Virus record (IMG/VR): IMGVR_UViG_3300021961_000026
Location: 1 to 64,000 of that record
DNA from: a virus
DNA: 64,000 bases
Reading direction: 5' to 3' (one strand)
Below, one piece after another: positions 18,694 to 30,177 of this stretch. Positions within the stretch are counted from its first letter, which is position 1; each line of letters starts with the position of its first letter. The position numbers and the translations under genes were made by a program. The notes under the pieces are model-generated. The model was not told the DNA's origin. It was given only the letters and a program-made list of their open reading frames with translations, and did not search any database.

Positions 18694-18695
18694 TA

Positions 18696-19016
18696 ATGGC
18701 AGGATTAAAAAAACAAGCTACAATAGGTGTTGGAAAAATCTTTGGTAGTAAAAAAGCTGCTGCCGCCGCACAAGCTGCCGCCGCACAAGCTGCAAGGCAG
18801 GGCGGTTCAATCGGTGCAATTGCTGGCAGATCTCAAAAAGCTGCACAAGCTGCTATGTCAGCATCTCACTATTCAACTGGTAGAAGAGTGTTAATTCGTG
18901 GTGCAATGGCATCACCTCTTGCAGGAGTAGGTATGTATAAAAATAGAGATGGCTCAAGAGGCGGATATAGAGCACCTTCAACTAGAACCCCAAGAGGAAC
19001 TGGAAGATACGCGTAA
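18696..19016 (+). CDS. Small basic Ala/Gly-rich protein
   Basis: 106 aa, nearly free of acidic residues. Confidence 0.7.
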   Translation: MAGLKKQATIGVGKIFGSKKAAAAAQAAAAQAARQGGSIGAIAGRSQKAAQAAMSASHYSTGRRVLIRGAMASPLAGVGMYKNRDGSRGGYRAPSTRTPRGTGRYA

Positions 19017-19044
19017 TAATTTTTAAGGAAAGATGTGATATGTA

Positions 19045-19458
19045 ATGAGTGATTGGAAAAGCTATATAGATCAAAAAGGGGATTTTCAGCTAGCAAATTT
19101 TTTATACAAAAGTATAAATGAGCTTATGAAAAATTCCCTAGATATGGGAACACTTCTGTCGAATGATCAACATAAGTTGAGAGCATATAAAGAACAAACA
19201 AAAAAGCTTTTTAAAAACAAATGGTTTGATATTGCAAACTGTTTAGAATATTTTGATGTTATTGAAAAATGTATATGCTTCTCTGAGCAAAGGGAAAATT
19301 ATTGTGAAATATGCAAGGGCGCAAGGTATAAGATATCATCTTACTTATCAGCTGACGAAGTTAAAGAAATTAGCACTTTTGTCAATGCGGCTCAGGACCA
19401 AGAAGTTCAAGAAAAGCTGCAGAAAGGCTTAAAGAAACTTCTAGAAGACATGCAATGA
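19045..19458 (+). CDS. Hypothetical protein with Cys cluster
   Basis: CIC..CEICKG. Confidence 0.75.
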   Translation: MSDWKSYIDQKGDFQLANFLYKSINELMKNSLDMGTLLSNDQHKLRAYKEQTKKLFKNKWFDIANCLEYFDVIEKCICFSEQRENYCEICKGARYKISSYLSADEVKEISTFVNAAQDQEVQEKLQKGLKKLLEDMQ

Positions 19459-19625
19459 ATTGTCCAAGGTGTCAATCAAATACATCTTTAGTTTCCGAGT
19501 ATTATAATTTTGACGAGAATATTTTTTATAGAGATAGTTTTTGTCCTTTTTGCAAAAGTGCAGTTATTGAAAAATTCCATGAGAATGGAAGATACCAAAA
19601 TGAATGGATAGATTTTAATGTCTAA
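19455..19625 (+). CDS. Zn-finger protein (CPRC..CPFC)
   Basis: 56 aa, overlapping both neighbours; not in ORF track. Confidence 0.6.
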   Translation: MNCPRCQSNTSLVSEYYNFDENIFYRDSFCPFCKSAVIEKFHENGRYQNEWIDFNV

Positions 19626-20355
19626 TGTAGAAAAGTTTAATAATAAAAATAATTTCCTAAAAGAGTTTGAAACCTTAAGACCAGATTTATTTTTTCCTGA
19701 CCACTGGTCTGAATCAGATATTGAAAAAGCTGTTGAGATGGTTCGTCCACAAAAAACAAGAACAGCTATGTTTTCCTCAATTCCTATGACATGTGAAGCA
19801 TCAAAATGCATCTTTGCAGAAACATGCCCTCTCTTAAAAGAAAACCTTGCACCAAGAGGAAATCCTTGTCCCATAGAAATGTCAATGGTTTCTCAATTTA
19901 CTTCTGAATACATGGAACAATTAGATGTTCAGTCAGACAACTTAGTTGAAGTTTCTATGGTAAGAGATCTTGTAGATCAAGAAGTTCAATACTTGCGTAA
20001 AACAAAACTTCTAGCTAAAGAACATTTTATACAAGAAAATGTTATTGGTGTAGACCAAGATGGTCAGCCTATTCTAAAAAAAGAATTACACTTAGCAGTT
20101 GAACTAGAAGACAAATTGCACAAAAGAAGAAAAGAACTTCGTAATCAGCTTCTTGCAACTAGAGAAGCAAAAGCAAAAGCTGGGCAGATACAGATTGATA
20201 GCGCTCAAGCAATATCGGAAATTCTTTACAAAGTTCAATCCATAGAAACTCAAAGAGAAAAAGTTCTTAAACAAAAACTTGGAATATATGAAGTTGATGA
20301 ATATATAGAAGCTCAGTTAATAGAACCGGAATCACCATCAGATGATAATCAATAA
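19618..20355 (+). CDS. Hypothetical protein, possibly terminase small subunit
   Basis: Cys cluster then long helical region; in operon leading to TerL. Confidence 0.45.
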   Translation: MSNVEKFNNKNNFLKEFETLRPDLFFPDHWSESDIEKAVEMVRPQKTRTAMFSSIPMTCEASKCIFAETCPLLKENLAPRGNPCPIEMSMVSQFTSEYMEQLDVQSDNLVEVSMVRDLVDQEVQYLRKTKLLAKEHFIQENVIGVDQDGQPILKKELHLAVELEDKLHKRRKELRNQLLATREAKAKAGQIQIDSAQAISEILYKVQSIETQREKVLKQKLGIYEVDEYIEAQLIEPESPSDDNQ

Positions 20356-23300
20356 TGATGCACTCTCAGCTAGAATAACGCAAGTTGGTAGAGTAATAAG
20401 TGGTGCAGTTAAAAGCCCCGAAGCTGCAGGTCGCTTATCTCCCGATGCTTCTTTTGAAAGAGGCTTTGGAACAGCAGATGAGTTCATGGAAAGATATTCA
20501 AGATTTCAACAAGATTATATAAGAGCATTAGAAAATAATCTTGATACATCTAGACTTGGAAAAATAGATTTAAATTTTCTTAAATCAGGTGGAAAAATAG
20601 ATCTTAGTGTTCTTACAAAAGATGTAAGAAAACAATTCGAGGCAAGATTTAGAGATGACGTCCTCAACTTACCATCGTTGTTTAAGGCGTATGGAATACC
20701 AAATGTTGAACTGCCGTCAGCCAACTTATTTAGAAGAGCATTTAGATATGAGGTAGATACTGGTAGAGTTGGTCGGGGCAATGCACCCAATGATGGCAGT
20801 ACTCAATAGAATGATTTTTAACGTAGATCCAAATGCAACTGGCATGGCTGCATTTAATGTGGGTGCTAGTAATTTAATGGGACTTGCACAACTAAAACAA
20901 GTTTCATCTACAAATTTAGGAGATCTATTAGCTGGAAAAACTGTGAGAACCTTAGACGTAGAAACTACATCTGTTTTGCAAGGATCTCAGGTTAGACAGT
21001 TTTCTATATTTGAAATGACTGGTGGACAATCTCCAAGCTTAGCTAAAACAACTCAAGAAACAGTCAACTTTGCTTCACCACAAATGCAAGGACTAACAGT
21101 AATGGGAAGAAATGGTTCTTCGCAAACTATGAACCAATTTCTAATGGGGACATCAACTGGACAGAATGTATCTGATCCAGTAAATTTTTTGGATGAATCA
21201 ACAAGATACTTAAATCATCTGCTTGATGCTGACGTAGTAGCTGGCCATAATATTTTTTTTGACCTAGGTATGATGAGCGATACAATGTCGCAAATGCCTG
21301 GATTCTCAAATCATAAAAATGCACAAGATGCTCTTAAAAGATTGTATGAAGCTATGGGACAAAAAGATAAAATAGTAGATACTTTGGAATTTTCCCGCGC
21401 TTATCTAAATAATCAAGTAAACGAAATGCTTGATGCAGCGCAATTGGCACCAGGAGATGCAACAAGGCTAAATAAGTTTAGAGAACTAATTATATCTCCA
21501 GAATTTTTAGCTAGGGTTAAAGCCGGCGGATCAGCACCCTACGCTTCAATGGAAGCTATTTCGCTTAATACAAATTTGTTAGATCTGCTTTATGATGAAG
21601 CTCAAGGTGGTGCAACTAGAGCACAGCAAGTATTTGAGGCTATCTTTCAGGGAACGCACGTTGCTGACACTGACTCTGCATTACAGTCATATATGGCTCA
21701 CTATATAACAACGGGTCAACTCAACATAGTTGAAGATACTTCCGGCAGATCTGCAGAAGTCCGAATAGCTCAAAAGTCTATTGCAAGATCTTCAGCAGTT
21801 ACACTGACAACAGATATATCTGATGTTGACCAAATATCTCAACCAATATTTGACTATATAAGAAATGATGCAATTGGAAGAAGGGGTGTTGTTTTAAATC
21901 TTGAAGAAGGGGTTATAGGTCAAGAAGCTGGAATACTTAAATTTAACCCATTGACAGAAAACTATACGTTTAGTACAGCATTAGGTACACAGGATATTGA
22001 TGAACAACGTGCAAGTAGAGTAATACAACAAACTATTGATCTATCTGGAAGAGAAAATATAGATATTGGTTATGGAGGAAAAAGTGTCAATACTTTAAAT
22101 CAATATGGAAGAAGAATCTCTAGTCTTGGAATCAATTATACTCAAGCCCATCAAGTAAACGAATTGCTTCAAATAAACAATATTTTACAAGGTGCGCCTA
22201 CAGGAGATATATCCGCAGAATCTTTATTGGACAATATTGGTTTAACTTATAGAAAATTTGGTGGTAATGTCGGAATGGCTGACATGATAAGGATAGCTTC
22301 TGGTAAATCTCCTGTTGGTTCAACATTTGGAGTTGGACTATCAAATTATGGTTTACCAGTTAGTGCCGATCCAACAGCAATGATGAATGCCGCATCAAAC
22401 TATGCATTAGCTAGAAATAGAACTGGAAATGCATATTCATTTATGGATGTTAGATCAAGTATTTTTAGTACAGTAATGTCAGAGGCAACCAGCCAAAATG
22501 CCACCGTAGCTAGAAATAATATAGTTCAGCAATTAGGAACTACAACTGATGATATCACAAGACAAGCTTTAAGCCAGCAGTTAGAAAATCTAAAATACGC
22601 AGACGTTCAAGATCTACTTCCAGAATTTGGAGTTTCTCATTTTAAAGCCCAAAAAGAATTTAGAGTTATAAGAGGTTTGGAACAAGGAGCTCCAGATTTC
22701 TTTAATAGAATGTTTATTCCAACAGAAACACTAAACGAAGTCGCTAAAAATGTATTTGGTCAAGAAGATGCTTTTAGAATGGGAAATCTTTCTCTATCAT
22801 TTGCACAACTTCCAGATGGAACTAATAGGGCAAACTTATTCTGGAAGCTTGGATCAGATATTAGTAAAGATCAAAAAAAGCAATTTATTGGTGGAATATA
22901 CGATCATATAATGAACACTGTTAATTCTATGAGCTCTGCCGACACTTCCTTGGAAGCAAATATGAAATTAGTAAATACAAAGATAGGTTTAGAATCTGTA
23001 AAAGATACAGCTGGAGCTATTGATAGAGAAGCTGGAATAGATTTATTAATGTCTAAGTTTGAAGAAGGAGGTTTTGGTTACGCATACGAAGAAGGCGAAA
23101 CCGCAGATAGACTAAAAAATGCTCTAACTAAACTTGGATATAGTCCAGACAACGAAGCAATCGCCCTCTCCAATATGGAAGGAAGGGCAATAGGTGTTGT
23201 CGGGGATATAGTTCAAGTTGGAGGCATGACAGATACAACTGCAGCAACTTATGCAGGATTAGGTTCTATGCAACAAGCTGATGACGCTCAAATACAAGCA

Positions 23301-23702
23301 ATGAATACAGCTGCACAAGTAATAGAGGAAAAGGGAATTAAATCCCAATTAAGAACAAGACTTGCTAGATCTAAAATGGGCATGAAACCTAATAAAATGC
23401 TTGATTTTTATGTAGGACATAAAACTGGTATAAGAAATACAGCACTAGGTCTAATAGGCGCAGGTGTTGGTTACTATATGTATAAAAACTATCAAGAAAA
23501 TAAAGTATATGATGAAACTCTGGAACAACAAGAAATGGATAGTCCATCTTTTGGTGACCCAGCAATAATTAGAAATCCAGGATTAAATTCATATAGAAGA
23601 GATCCATTGGTGACAGCAGGAGTAGTTGGAAATCTTGATAGAAATAAAATAGGTCACACTCAAATGGGACCTAATAAGTATAATCATCTATTTGGGAATT
23701 AA
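20342..23702 (+). CDS. Large protein (1119 aa joined) with DEDDh exonuclease-like domain, split at CGG-G (20774)
   Basis: TLDVETT, VVAGHNIFFDL, HVADTD; C-terminal hydrophobic segment. Confidence 0.65.
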
Positions 23703-23704
23703 TT

Positions 23705-24271
23705 ATGGGTTTATTATCAAAAATTGGCTCACGCGTAGCATTGGGTGGAATAGCAACAGCTGGATTACTTTCTGGAATTGGGTCATCTGGTAGAGAAATG
23801 GCAATGGAAACAGCCTTTGGTGATCCTAATGCAGATAGAGCTTTTTTGGGCTCTAATCTATCTGGTAGATTTATATTAGGTTCTGCAATGGGTGGTTTTA
23901 CTGGTGGCCTATTACAGGCATCTGCTCCAACAGATTTTGGTAGAATTAATTACGTAGGCCCTACAGGAGCAGGTGCAGTTATGGGTTCTGGAGCTGTTGG
24001 TGGTGCAGTAGGTCTTGGATTGGGTTATGCAGCTGCAAGAATGTCTGGTGGTGGCACTAAAGGAAGAATTGCAGGCGGGTTACTTGGTGCTATAGCTGGT
24101 TCTGCAATTGGATCAGCTGCTCCAATAGCAGGCGTTGCAGGTTATGTAGCCTCCAATAGAGACTTTTTTTCACAAAGTCCTTACACAAATAGGTCCTCTG
24201 CAACCGCTGCAGCCCTTAATGCATCTGGAGACATAGTTTTAGGAATGCATAACTCAAGGAGTAGTTACTAA
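23705..24271 (+). CDS. Gly/Ala-rich hydrophobic protein (possible internal/ejection protein)
   Basis: Glycine-zipper-like segments. Confidence 0.65.
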   Translation: MGLLSKIGSRVALGGIATAGLLSGIGSSGREMAMETAFGDPNADRAFLGSNLSGRFILGSAMGGFTGGLLQASAPTDFGRINYVGPTGAGAVMGSGAVGGAVGLGLGYAAARMSGGGTKGRIAGGLLGAIAGSAIGSAAPIAGVAGYVASNRDFFSQSPYTNRSSATAAALNASGDIVLGMHNSRSSY

Positions 24272-25697
24272 TGCCATTAGACCCATTTACAGGTCAGCAA
24301 ATGCCATATGGCCAAGAGCCTGTGGCTCCACTTCCTATGCGCATGATGGAAAATCTGCCGGGAATAACAGCTGGCATTTTATTTAATGCTGGCAGAGGCT
24401 CTAGAACCATGCTCGCTGGTCGCGGGTTTATGGATGATAGAATGCTCCTTAAAGGTAGAGCCGCAAAGTATGGTGCTTTTGCAAGGGGAGCAAATGCTCC
24501 AACTGTAAGCGATAGAGCATTTACAAGATTTGGTAAAAGAAGAGGACTGGCAACATCTGCAGGTGCAATGAGGGATCCATTTGTTTATGGAGCTCGAGTA
24601 AACAACTTAACAATGAGACCTAGAGCTTTACGTCGCTTCAGCTCATTGAGTGTTTTTAGTGCCGCTGAATCTGGAAAGTATTCTTATGCTGGTGGAGTGA
24701 GAGCTTTAGGTAAAATGAGATTTGGAGCACTTGGTGGTATGGCTGACAGATTAGGCGCTGCTGAAGGTGAATCAATATTAGCGCCCGGTTTATTTTCTGC
24801 GATCAGAGCTGGAGGAATGTCCGATAGACTTGAGAGAAAAGCTTTAGGTGGTAATGAAAGAGCAGCAAAGAAGTTAACAAAAATAGACCGAACTATTAAT
24901 AGATTAGCCACTATGAATAATCCTTCTTTGTTAAAAGCTGGACCAGTTGTTCAACGGAATATCTTACAGCAAAGCTGCCTCAATGACCCCCTTTGAAAGA
25001 GGTGGATTAAGTGCAAAAGATTATGTATCTTCATTAACTAAATACACTCCCTCTGCTGCCGAAACAGCACTAGCTTCTCGAAATATTGGAGTTAGAGGAA
25101 ATCTCTTGGTATCAAGCTTAGGTGGTCAAGGTACTCAATATATGGGTGGATTTGTACGTGGAGCTATGGGCTATGCAAATGCTGGAGGCTTATCTGTATC
25201 TGCTCAAAAAGGAGCTACAAGAGCAGTTCAATATACACGCGTTGCACTTGGAAAAGGTGGTGTAGTAGGAAAGTCAGGAGCTCAATTTATTGGCAGAGAA
25301 GGTGCTCAGGCTCTTCTTGAAAAAGGTTTATTTAAAGAGCTTGGTGTTGGCGGCGTTGCAAAGTTTGCCTCTTCACAATATGGCGCATCTGTATTGGCAA
25401 GCAGGGGAGCGTCAAGTGCTCTTAAATTTGCTTCTCCAATAGGTACAGCTATGTTAGTATATGACTTAGCTAAAATGGGTGGCGAAATAATTAAAAGTGG
25501 TATAAACTTAGCTAGAGACGCAGAAAAGTCTTTACAAGGAAGTTTTTCTAAACCAACATTTGGAATGGGATACAGGGATACGGAAGCAGCAGCTACATCA
25601 AGGTCAAGAGGAGTAATGGCAATACAAAACTCTAGATTAAATGCACGTTCTATGTTGGGTTCTGAGCGGATCTATGATGGCAGCACATTTTGGTTAA
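24271..25697 (+). CDS. Gly/Ala/Arg-rich protein (474 aa joined), split twice at CGG-A (24955, 25667)
   Basis: GPVVQ-GISYSK and LGSE-GSMMAAHFG*; second join ends 3 nt before TerL start. Confidence 0.65.
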
Positions 25698-25700
25698 ATT

Positions 25701-27558
25701 ATGATTTTAGATAAAACTAAAGAATTTAGAAAAAAAATAGCAGAACTTCCTAGAGATGAAATTCTAGAAATTCTTAGGGACCAAGATCCAGAGTTATTTA
25801 AACAAGTTAATAGAATTGAATGGGTTTTTAGAAATAAACTATCTCATTTAAACTGGAATGATGGCTCTCCAGTTATTGATAGAGATTTAACTAATGAAGA
25901 ACTTTCCCTTCTAATAGATGAACCTTTTGAGCTAGATAAAGAATTATTGCAAGTTGGAATTAGCGGTGAAAATCAGAGGCAAATTCATCTTGCAAAAGAT
26001 CCAGTTGTATGGGCAAAACATTTTTTAAAAGTTAACCCAAGAGTTTATCAAATTCTCATTTTAAGACATCCATCTTTAAGAAAAGTTCTAAGAGCTGGTC
26101 GTCGTCTTGGTAAGACTTTTACAATGGCAATTAATCTTTTGCATTACAGTTATACGCACAAAGATGGAAGATGTCTAGTTATTGCTCCAATGAAAACTCA
26201 GGTAGAACTTATTTATCAAGAGATATTAAGAATCGCTGCCAAAAATGATATTGTTATGAATTCTATAACCAGAAAAGTAACATCACCGCAATTTATGATT
26301 CAGTTCTCAAATGGTTCTACAATTAGATTCTTTACGTCTGGTATGAGATCTGGACGGAAAATCTGACGTAGCTCGTGGTCAAGAAGCACATCTTATTATT
26401 CTTGACGAAATGGACTACATGCATGCAGATGACCTCGATGCACTGTATGCAATGTTGCAGAAGACAGCAGAAGATCAACCAGATAAAGTTCTTATGGGCG
26501 CCTCCACTCCAACTGGTAGAAGAGAAAGATTCTGGGAATGGTGCAACAGTAATCGATTCAAAGAATTTTGGTTTCCTTCATATTGCAATCCATTTTTTAG
26601 TAAAGATCAAGAAGATGAATTTAGAGAACAATATTCTGAATCTGGTTATCGACACGAAATAGAAGCTGACTGGGGAGAAGATTCTGAAGGTGTTTATCCA
26701 AGAAAATATGTAGATAGAGCTTTTATTTCCCCATCTTGGAATTATAATCCAGAAATCATCTCAGCAAGAAGTTTCCACACTATAGGTGTTGACTGGGATA
26801 AATATGGTGCTGGCACAAACATAGTTGTTGTAGAAGCCTGTGCAGATAACTATGAAGAAGAAAGATTTAGAAACAAAGTAAGAGTTGCATACCGTGAAGA
26901 AATAATAAAATCAGAATACACTCTTACAAGAGCAGTTGATAGAATTGTTGAATTAAATGAAATTTTTAATCCAAAACACATTTATGTCGACAGAGGTTTT
27001 GGAGAGGTTCAAGTAGAATTATTGCACAAAAAAGGAATAGATGATCCAAGAAGTGGATTAAAGGAAAAAGTAAAAGGCGTTGCTTTTGGTGAATCAATAG
27101 AAATTAGAGATCCCTATACCAAGATGTTGGTTAAAAAAGAAATGAAACCTTTTATGGTAGATAACTTAAGACAGTATCTTGAAAGAGAAGCAATACTTTT
27201 TCCAGAGATTGATGAAGAACTTTATCTTCAATTAATTTCTTATGTTGTTGTTAGAACAACTCAAACTGGAAGACCAGTTTTTGAAGCCGCAGGTTCTGTA
27301 ATGGATCACGCTCATGATGCGCTGATGTTGGCACTATTAGCTATTACTCAAAACTATGGAGAGTTTTCTAAAGCTAATTATGCAACTAATACAGAAAGTT
27401 TTTCTAACACATTTTTTATACCAAAAAAGAAAGCAGTTGAAGATGAAGAAGAAAAGGATTCAAAAATCCTAGTTTCAAACAGAACATCTGCTATGAAACC
27501 AAATGGTTTTTCTAGAACAAAAAAAACACAAAGTAAAATATCTAGAAGGATGTTTTAG
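25701..27558 (+). CDS. Terminase large subunit (618 aa joined), split at CGG-A (26355)
   Basis: AGRRLGKT Walker A; after the join SGGKSDVARGQEAHLIILDE (Walker B), ASTP, IGVDW and DHAHDAL nuclease motifs. Confidence 0.92.
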
Positions 27559-27563
27559 TTAAA

Positions 27564-29225
27564 ATGAGTATAAATAATATAGAACAAAATTTTGGAGATA
27601 ACTCGACAGTATTTGCTGGAGGTTCAAAGTTCTTTGATGAGAGAACTGGAACCTACAAAGGTGGAGATAGTGATGTCTCATTTTTTGAAGATCCAGACAA
27701 AAAAGTTCAAGCAACAATAAAGGAAAAATTTGCTGGTTTAGTTCCTTCAAAAGCAGACTATGCACTTAGGGAAGAATATTCTGTTCCACTAAATTATATA
27801 AAACAACAAGTTGAAGAATCTATATTTGTTTATGGAAAACTTTTAGAAAATATAGATTCAATAATGAATAAAATAAATATTGATTATACCAAAGATCCAA
27901 ATTTAGAAGAGTCTCACAAAATGTTGTGGAGAGAAGTTGTTAAATTTAACGATATAACAACAGAATATATAAATAAAATTAGTAAAACAAAATCAACTAA
28001 AGAGGTGAATAGTTTATATCCTGACTATATTTCCTTTGAAGAGTATTTGTATGCCGTTAGGTCAAAATCTATTTCTTCACAAAGACTAGTTAAAGAATAT
28101 AAAAGATTATCTTCTCACTCAGTATTCTCGTATCTTTTAGATTTAAGAGAATTAGTAAATTATATTTTAAATGAAATTTATTTTATAAGACAAACTTTAA
28201 TAGATTCGTTCGGGGAGGACTATGAAGACGACTCGCAAAAACAAATTGGTGTACAACTCGATTCGTGGGCAAAAATGTCGCTACACTACGCGCAGCGCAT
28301 TACAGAAACAATCGTCTCAATACCAAAAGGAATCCCAACTGCCGAATTGGATAAAGTCACTGAAAAGCAAGCCGTTGAATTCCAAGCGTTTTTTGCGATT
28401 AGATTAGATGCTGTAAATGATGAAATAGATAGCATCTTGCAATCAATTAAAAGAGATTTGGTAGATAACTCAGAAATATTTTATTCTAGATACTTAGAAC
28501 AAGCTCTTACTTTTAGAAATAAAATAGTTAATTCAATGGAGATGGATTATCATACAACTAGCTTTACGTCAGTAGCACCTTTTTTAACAGAAGAACTTTT
28601 AATCGCAACTAATGTAATGAATTCTAACTTTGGTATGATTTTAACAGACATGATTCAAAGGCATTCTATGATTACCGCTAAAGTTGATGAAGTAATTTCT
28701 ACAATATCTGATAAAAGAAAATATTCAAACTACATATTTCAGCTTTCAGCTAAAGGTAATCCAAAAAAAATAATTACCAAAAATGTAGTAGATGATATAT
28801 ATTTAATTATATTTAAGTCTTCAATAAATCACATAAATATAGAAAGTGATTTAATTTCAAATCACGCCAGTTTAGATAATCTAACAGAAAATCACCACCC
28901 TCAGTATTTGCTTAGAGATGGTGGATCAATTACTGGAAACATATCTGTAGAAAACTCTTCTACTATAGACGGAGTACATCTTTCAACACATGCACACAAT
29001 GGATTAGACGGATCTCAAAAAATTAAATCAACAGATATTGATTACGATTCTGCACGACTTGCTGTAACAAGCATTGTTCCAGCTCCACTTTCTATATCAA
29101 TAGATTCATTAATTAATGATATAATTGATGGAGGAATACCAGTTGTAGATGTTGTAGTGGCAATAAATACTGGTGATGATTCTTTATTATTAGACTATGA
29201 AATAATAGTCGCAGAGGTAGACTGA
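27564..29225 (+). CDS. Putative virion protein
   Basis: 553 aa in late operon; C-terminal HPQYLLRDGG..HAHNG motif. Confidence 0.65.
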   Translation: MSINNIEQNFGDNSTVFAGGSKFFDERTGTYKGGDSDVSFFEDPDKKVQATIKEKFAGLVPSKADYALREEYSVPLNYIKQQVEESIFVYGKLLENIDSIMNKINIDYTKDPNLEESHKMLWREVVKFNDITTEYINKISKTKSTKEVNSLYPDYISFEEYLYAVRSKSISSQRLVKEYKRLSSHSVFSYLLDLRELVNYILNEIYFIRQTLIDSFGEDYEDDSQKQIGVQLDSWAKMSLHYAQRITETIVSIPKGIPTAELDKVTEKQAVEFQAFFAIRLDAVNDEIDSILQSIKRDLVDNSEIFYSRYLEQALTFRNKIVNSMEMDYHTTSFTSVAPFLTEELLIATNVMNSNFGMILTDMIQRHSMITAKVDEVISTISDKRKYSNYIFQLSAKGNPKKIITKNVVDDIYLIIFKSSINHINIESDLISNHASLDNLTENHHPQYLLRDGGSITGNISVENSSTIDGVHLSTHAHNGLDGSQKIKSTDIDYDSARLAVTSIVPAPLSISIDSLINDIIDGGIPVVDVVVAINTGDDSLLLDYEIIVAEVD

Positions 29226-30175
29226 TGGCTTGGTTCAGATATTTAAAGTATGGAGAGATCACTTCAAGTTCTATAACTTCTTCTAATTATCAATATCCTA
29301 ATGTAAGAAGAAAAATAAATTTTCCTTTACCATCCCAAGATATAGAAATTAATACTTGGGTATTTGTAGATATTAATGACCTTGGAATAGACAAGGTTAT
29401 AAATACTTCTTTGTCTGAAGAGTCGCAAGAAAGATCTTTTATAGTTGTTTATGAAAGTAAATCTAATGATGATTATTCATTTCAGCCTGTAAATAGCAAT
29501 ATCTATGATAATAGATTATTTTTTCAAACAGCAGAAAAACACTATAAAGATACAGAATTGCAAAAGCAATATTTTGTTTACTACAAAACAAAAAATATAA
29601 AGAATATAGCTAAAGTAACAAATGGAGACATAGAAGATTATGAAGCTGTAGATGAAATAGAATCAGAGTTTTTATATTCTATTGTTCAATATGACGACTA
29701 TTATAATGAAGTTCAAACAACAGATATTGAAAAATATAGTCTTTCATTTTTAAATAATAATATAGATTGGAAAGATGGAATTTCTCAAAAACCTGGAGCT
29801 ACTGCAATTGGAAGTTTTACTGGACCAAGTTTAAAAATATTTTGTTCTAAAGGTCCAGACTATGGAATTATGAGACTAAGAGTCATAGGACTTTCTTCAG
29901 AAGCCACTCCATCTTCTGATGTAGTTATTGATTGGCAAGAAATTGATTTATACGATTCAGAAAACTCTGATGAAAATGAAGTGTACTCAATTACAAGTTT
30001 ATCTTATAGAAAATATGTATTTGAAATTAAATCAGATTTTGAAAAGAATATTTTATCTTCAAATGGTAGAATTAATCTAAATAAATATTCTTATTTACTA
30101 GATCAAGATCTAACTTTATCTTCTGAAGAAATAAGTCCATTTCTTTTAACTAGAGTAATTACTGTGATTGGATAG
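29225..30175 (+). CDS. Putative virion protein
   Basis: 316 aa beta-rich; FTG..GPDYG..IDLY pattern. Confidence 0.6.
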   Translation: MAWFRYLKYGEITSSSITSSNYQYPNVRRKINFPLPSQDIEINTWVFVDINDLGIDKVINTSLSEESQERSFIVVYESKSNDDYSFQPVNSNIYDNRLFFQTAEKHYKDTELQKQYFVYYKTKNIKNIAKVTNGDIEDYEAVDEIESEFLYSIVQYDDYYNEVQTTDIEKYSLSFLNNNIDWKDGISQKPGATAIGSFTGPSLKIFCSKGPDYGIMRLRVIGLSSEATPSSDVVIDWQEIDLYDSENSDENEVYSITSLSYRKYVFEIKSDFEKNILSSNGRINLNKYSYLLDQDLTLSSEEISPFLLTRVITVIG

Positions 30176-30177
30176 CT

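Noticed and set aside
25701-27558. Intron, intein or genuinely two-gene terminase
   Set aside because: No intervening sequence; removing the single C at 26355 gives a continuous ATPase with Walker B in place.
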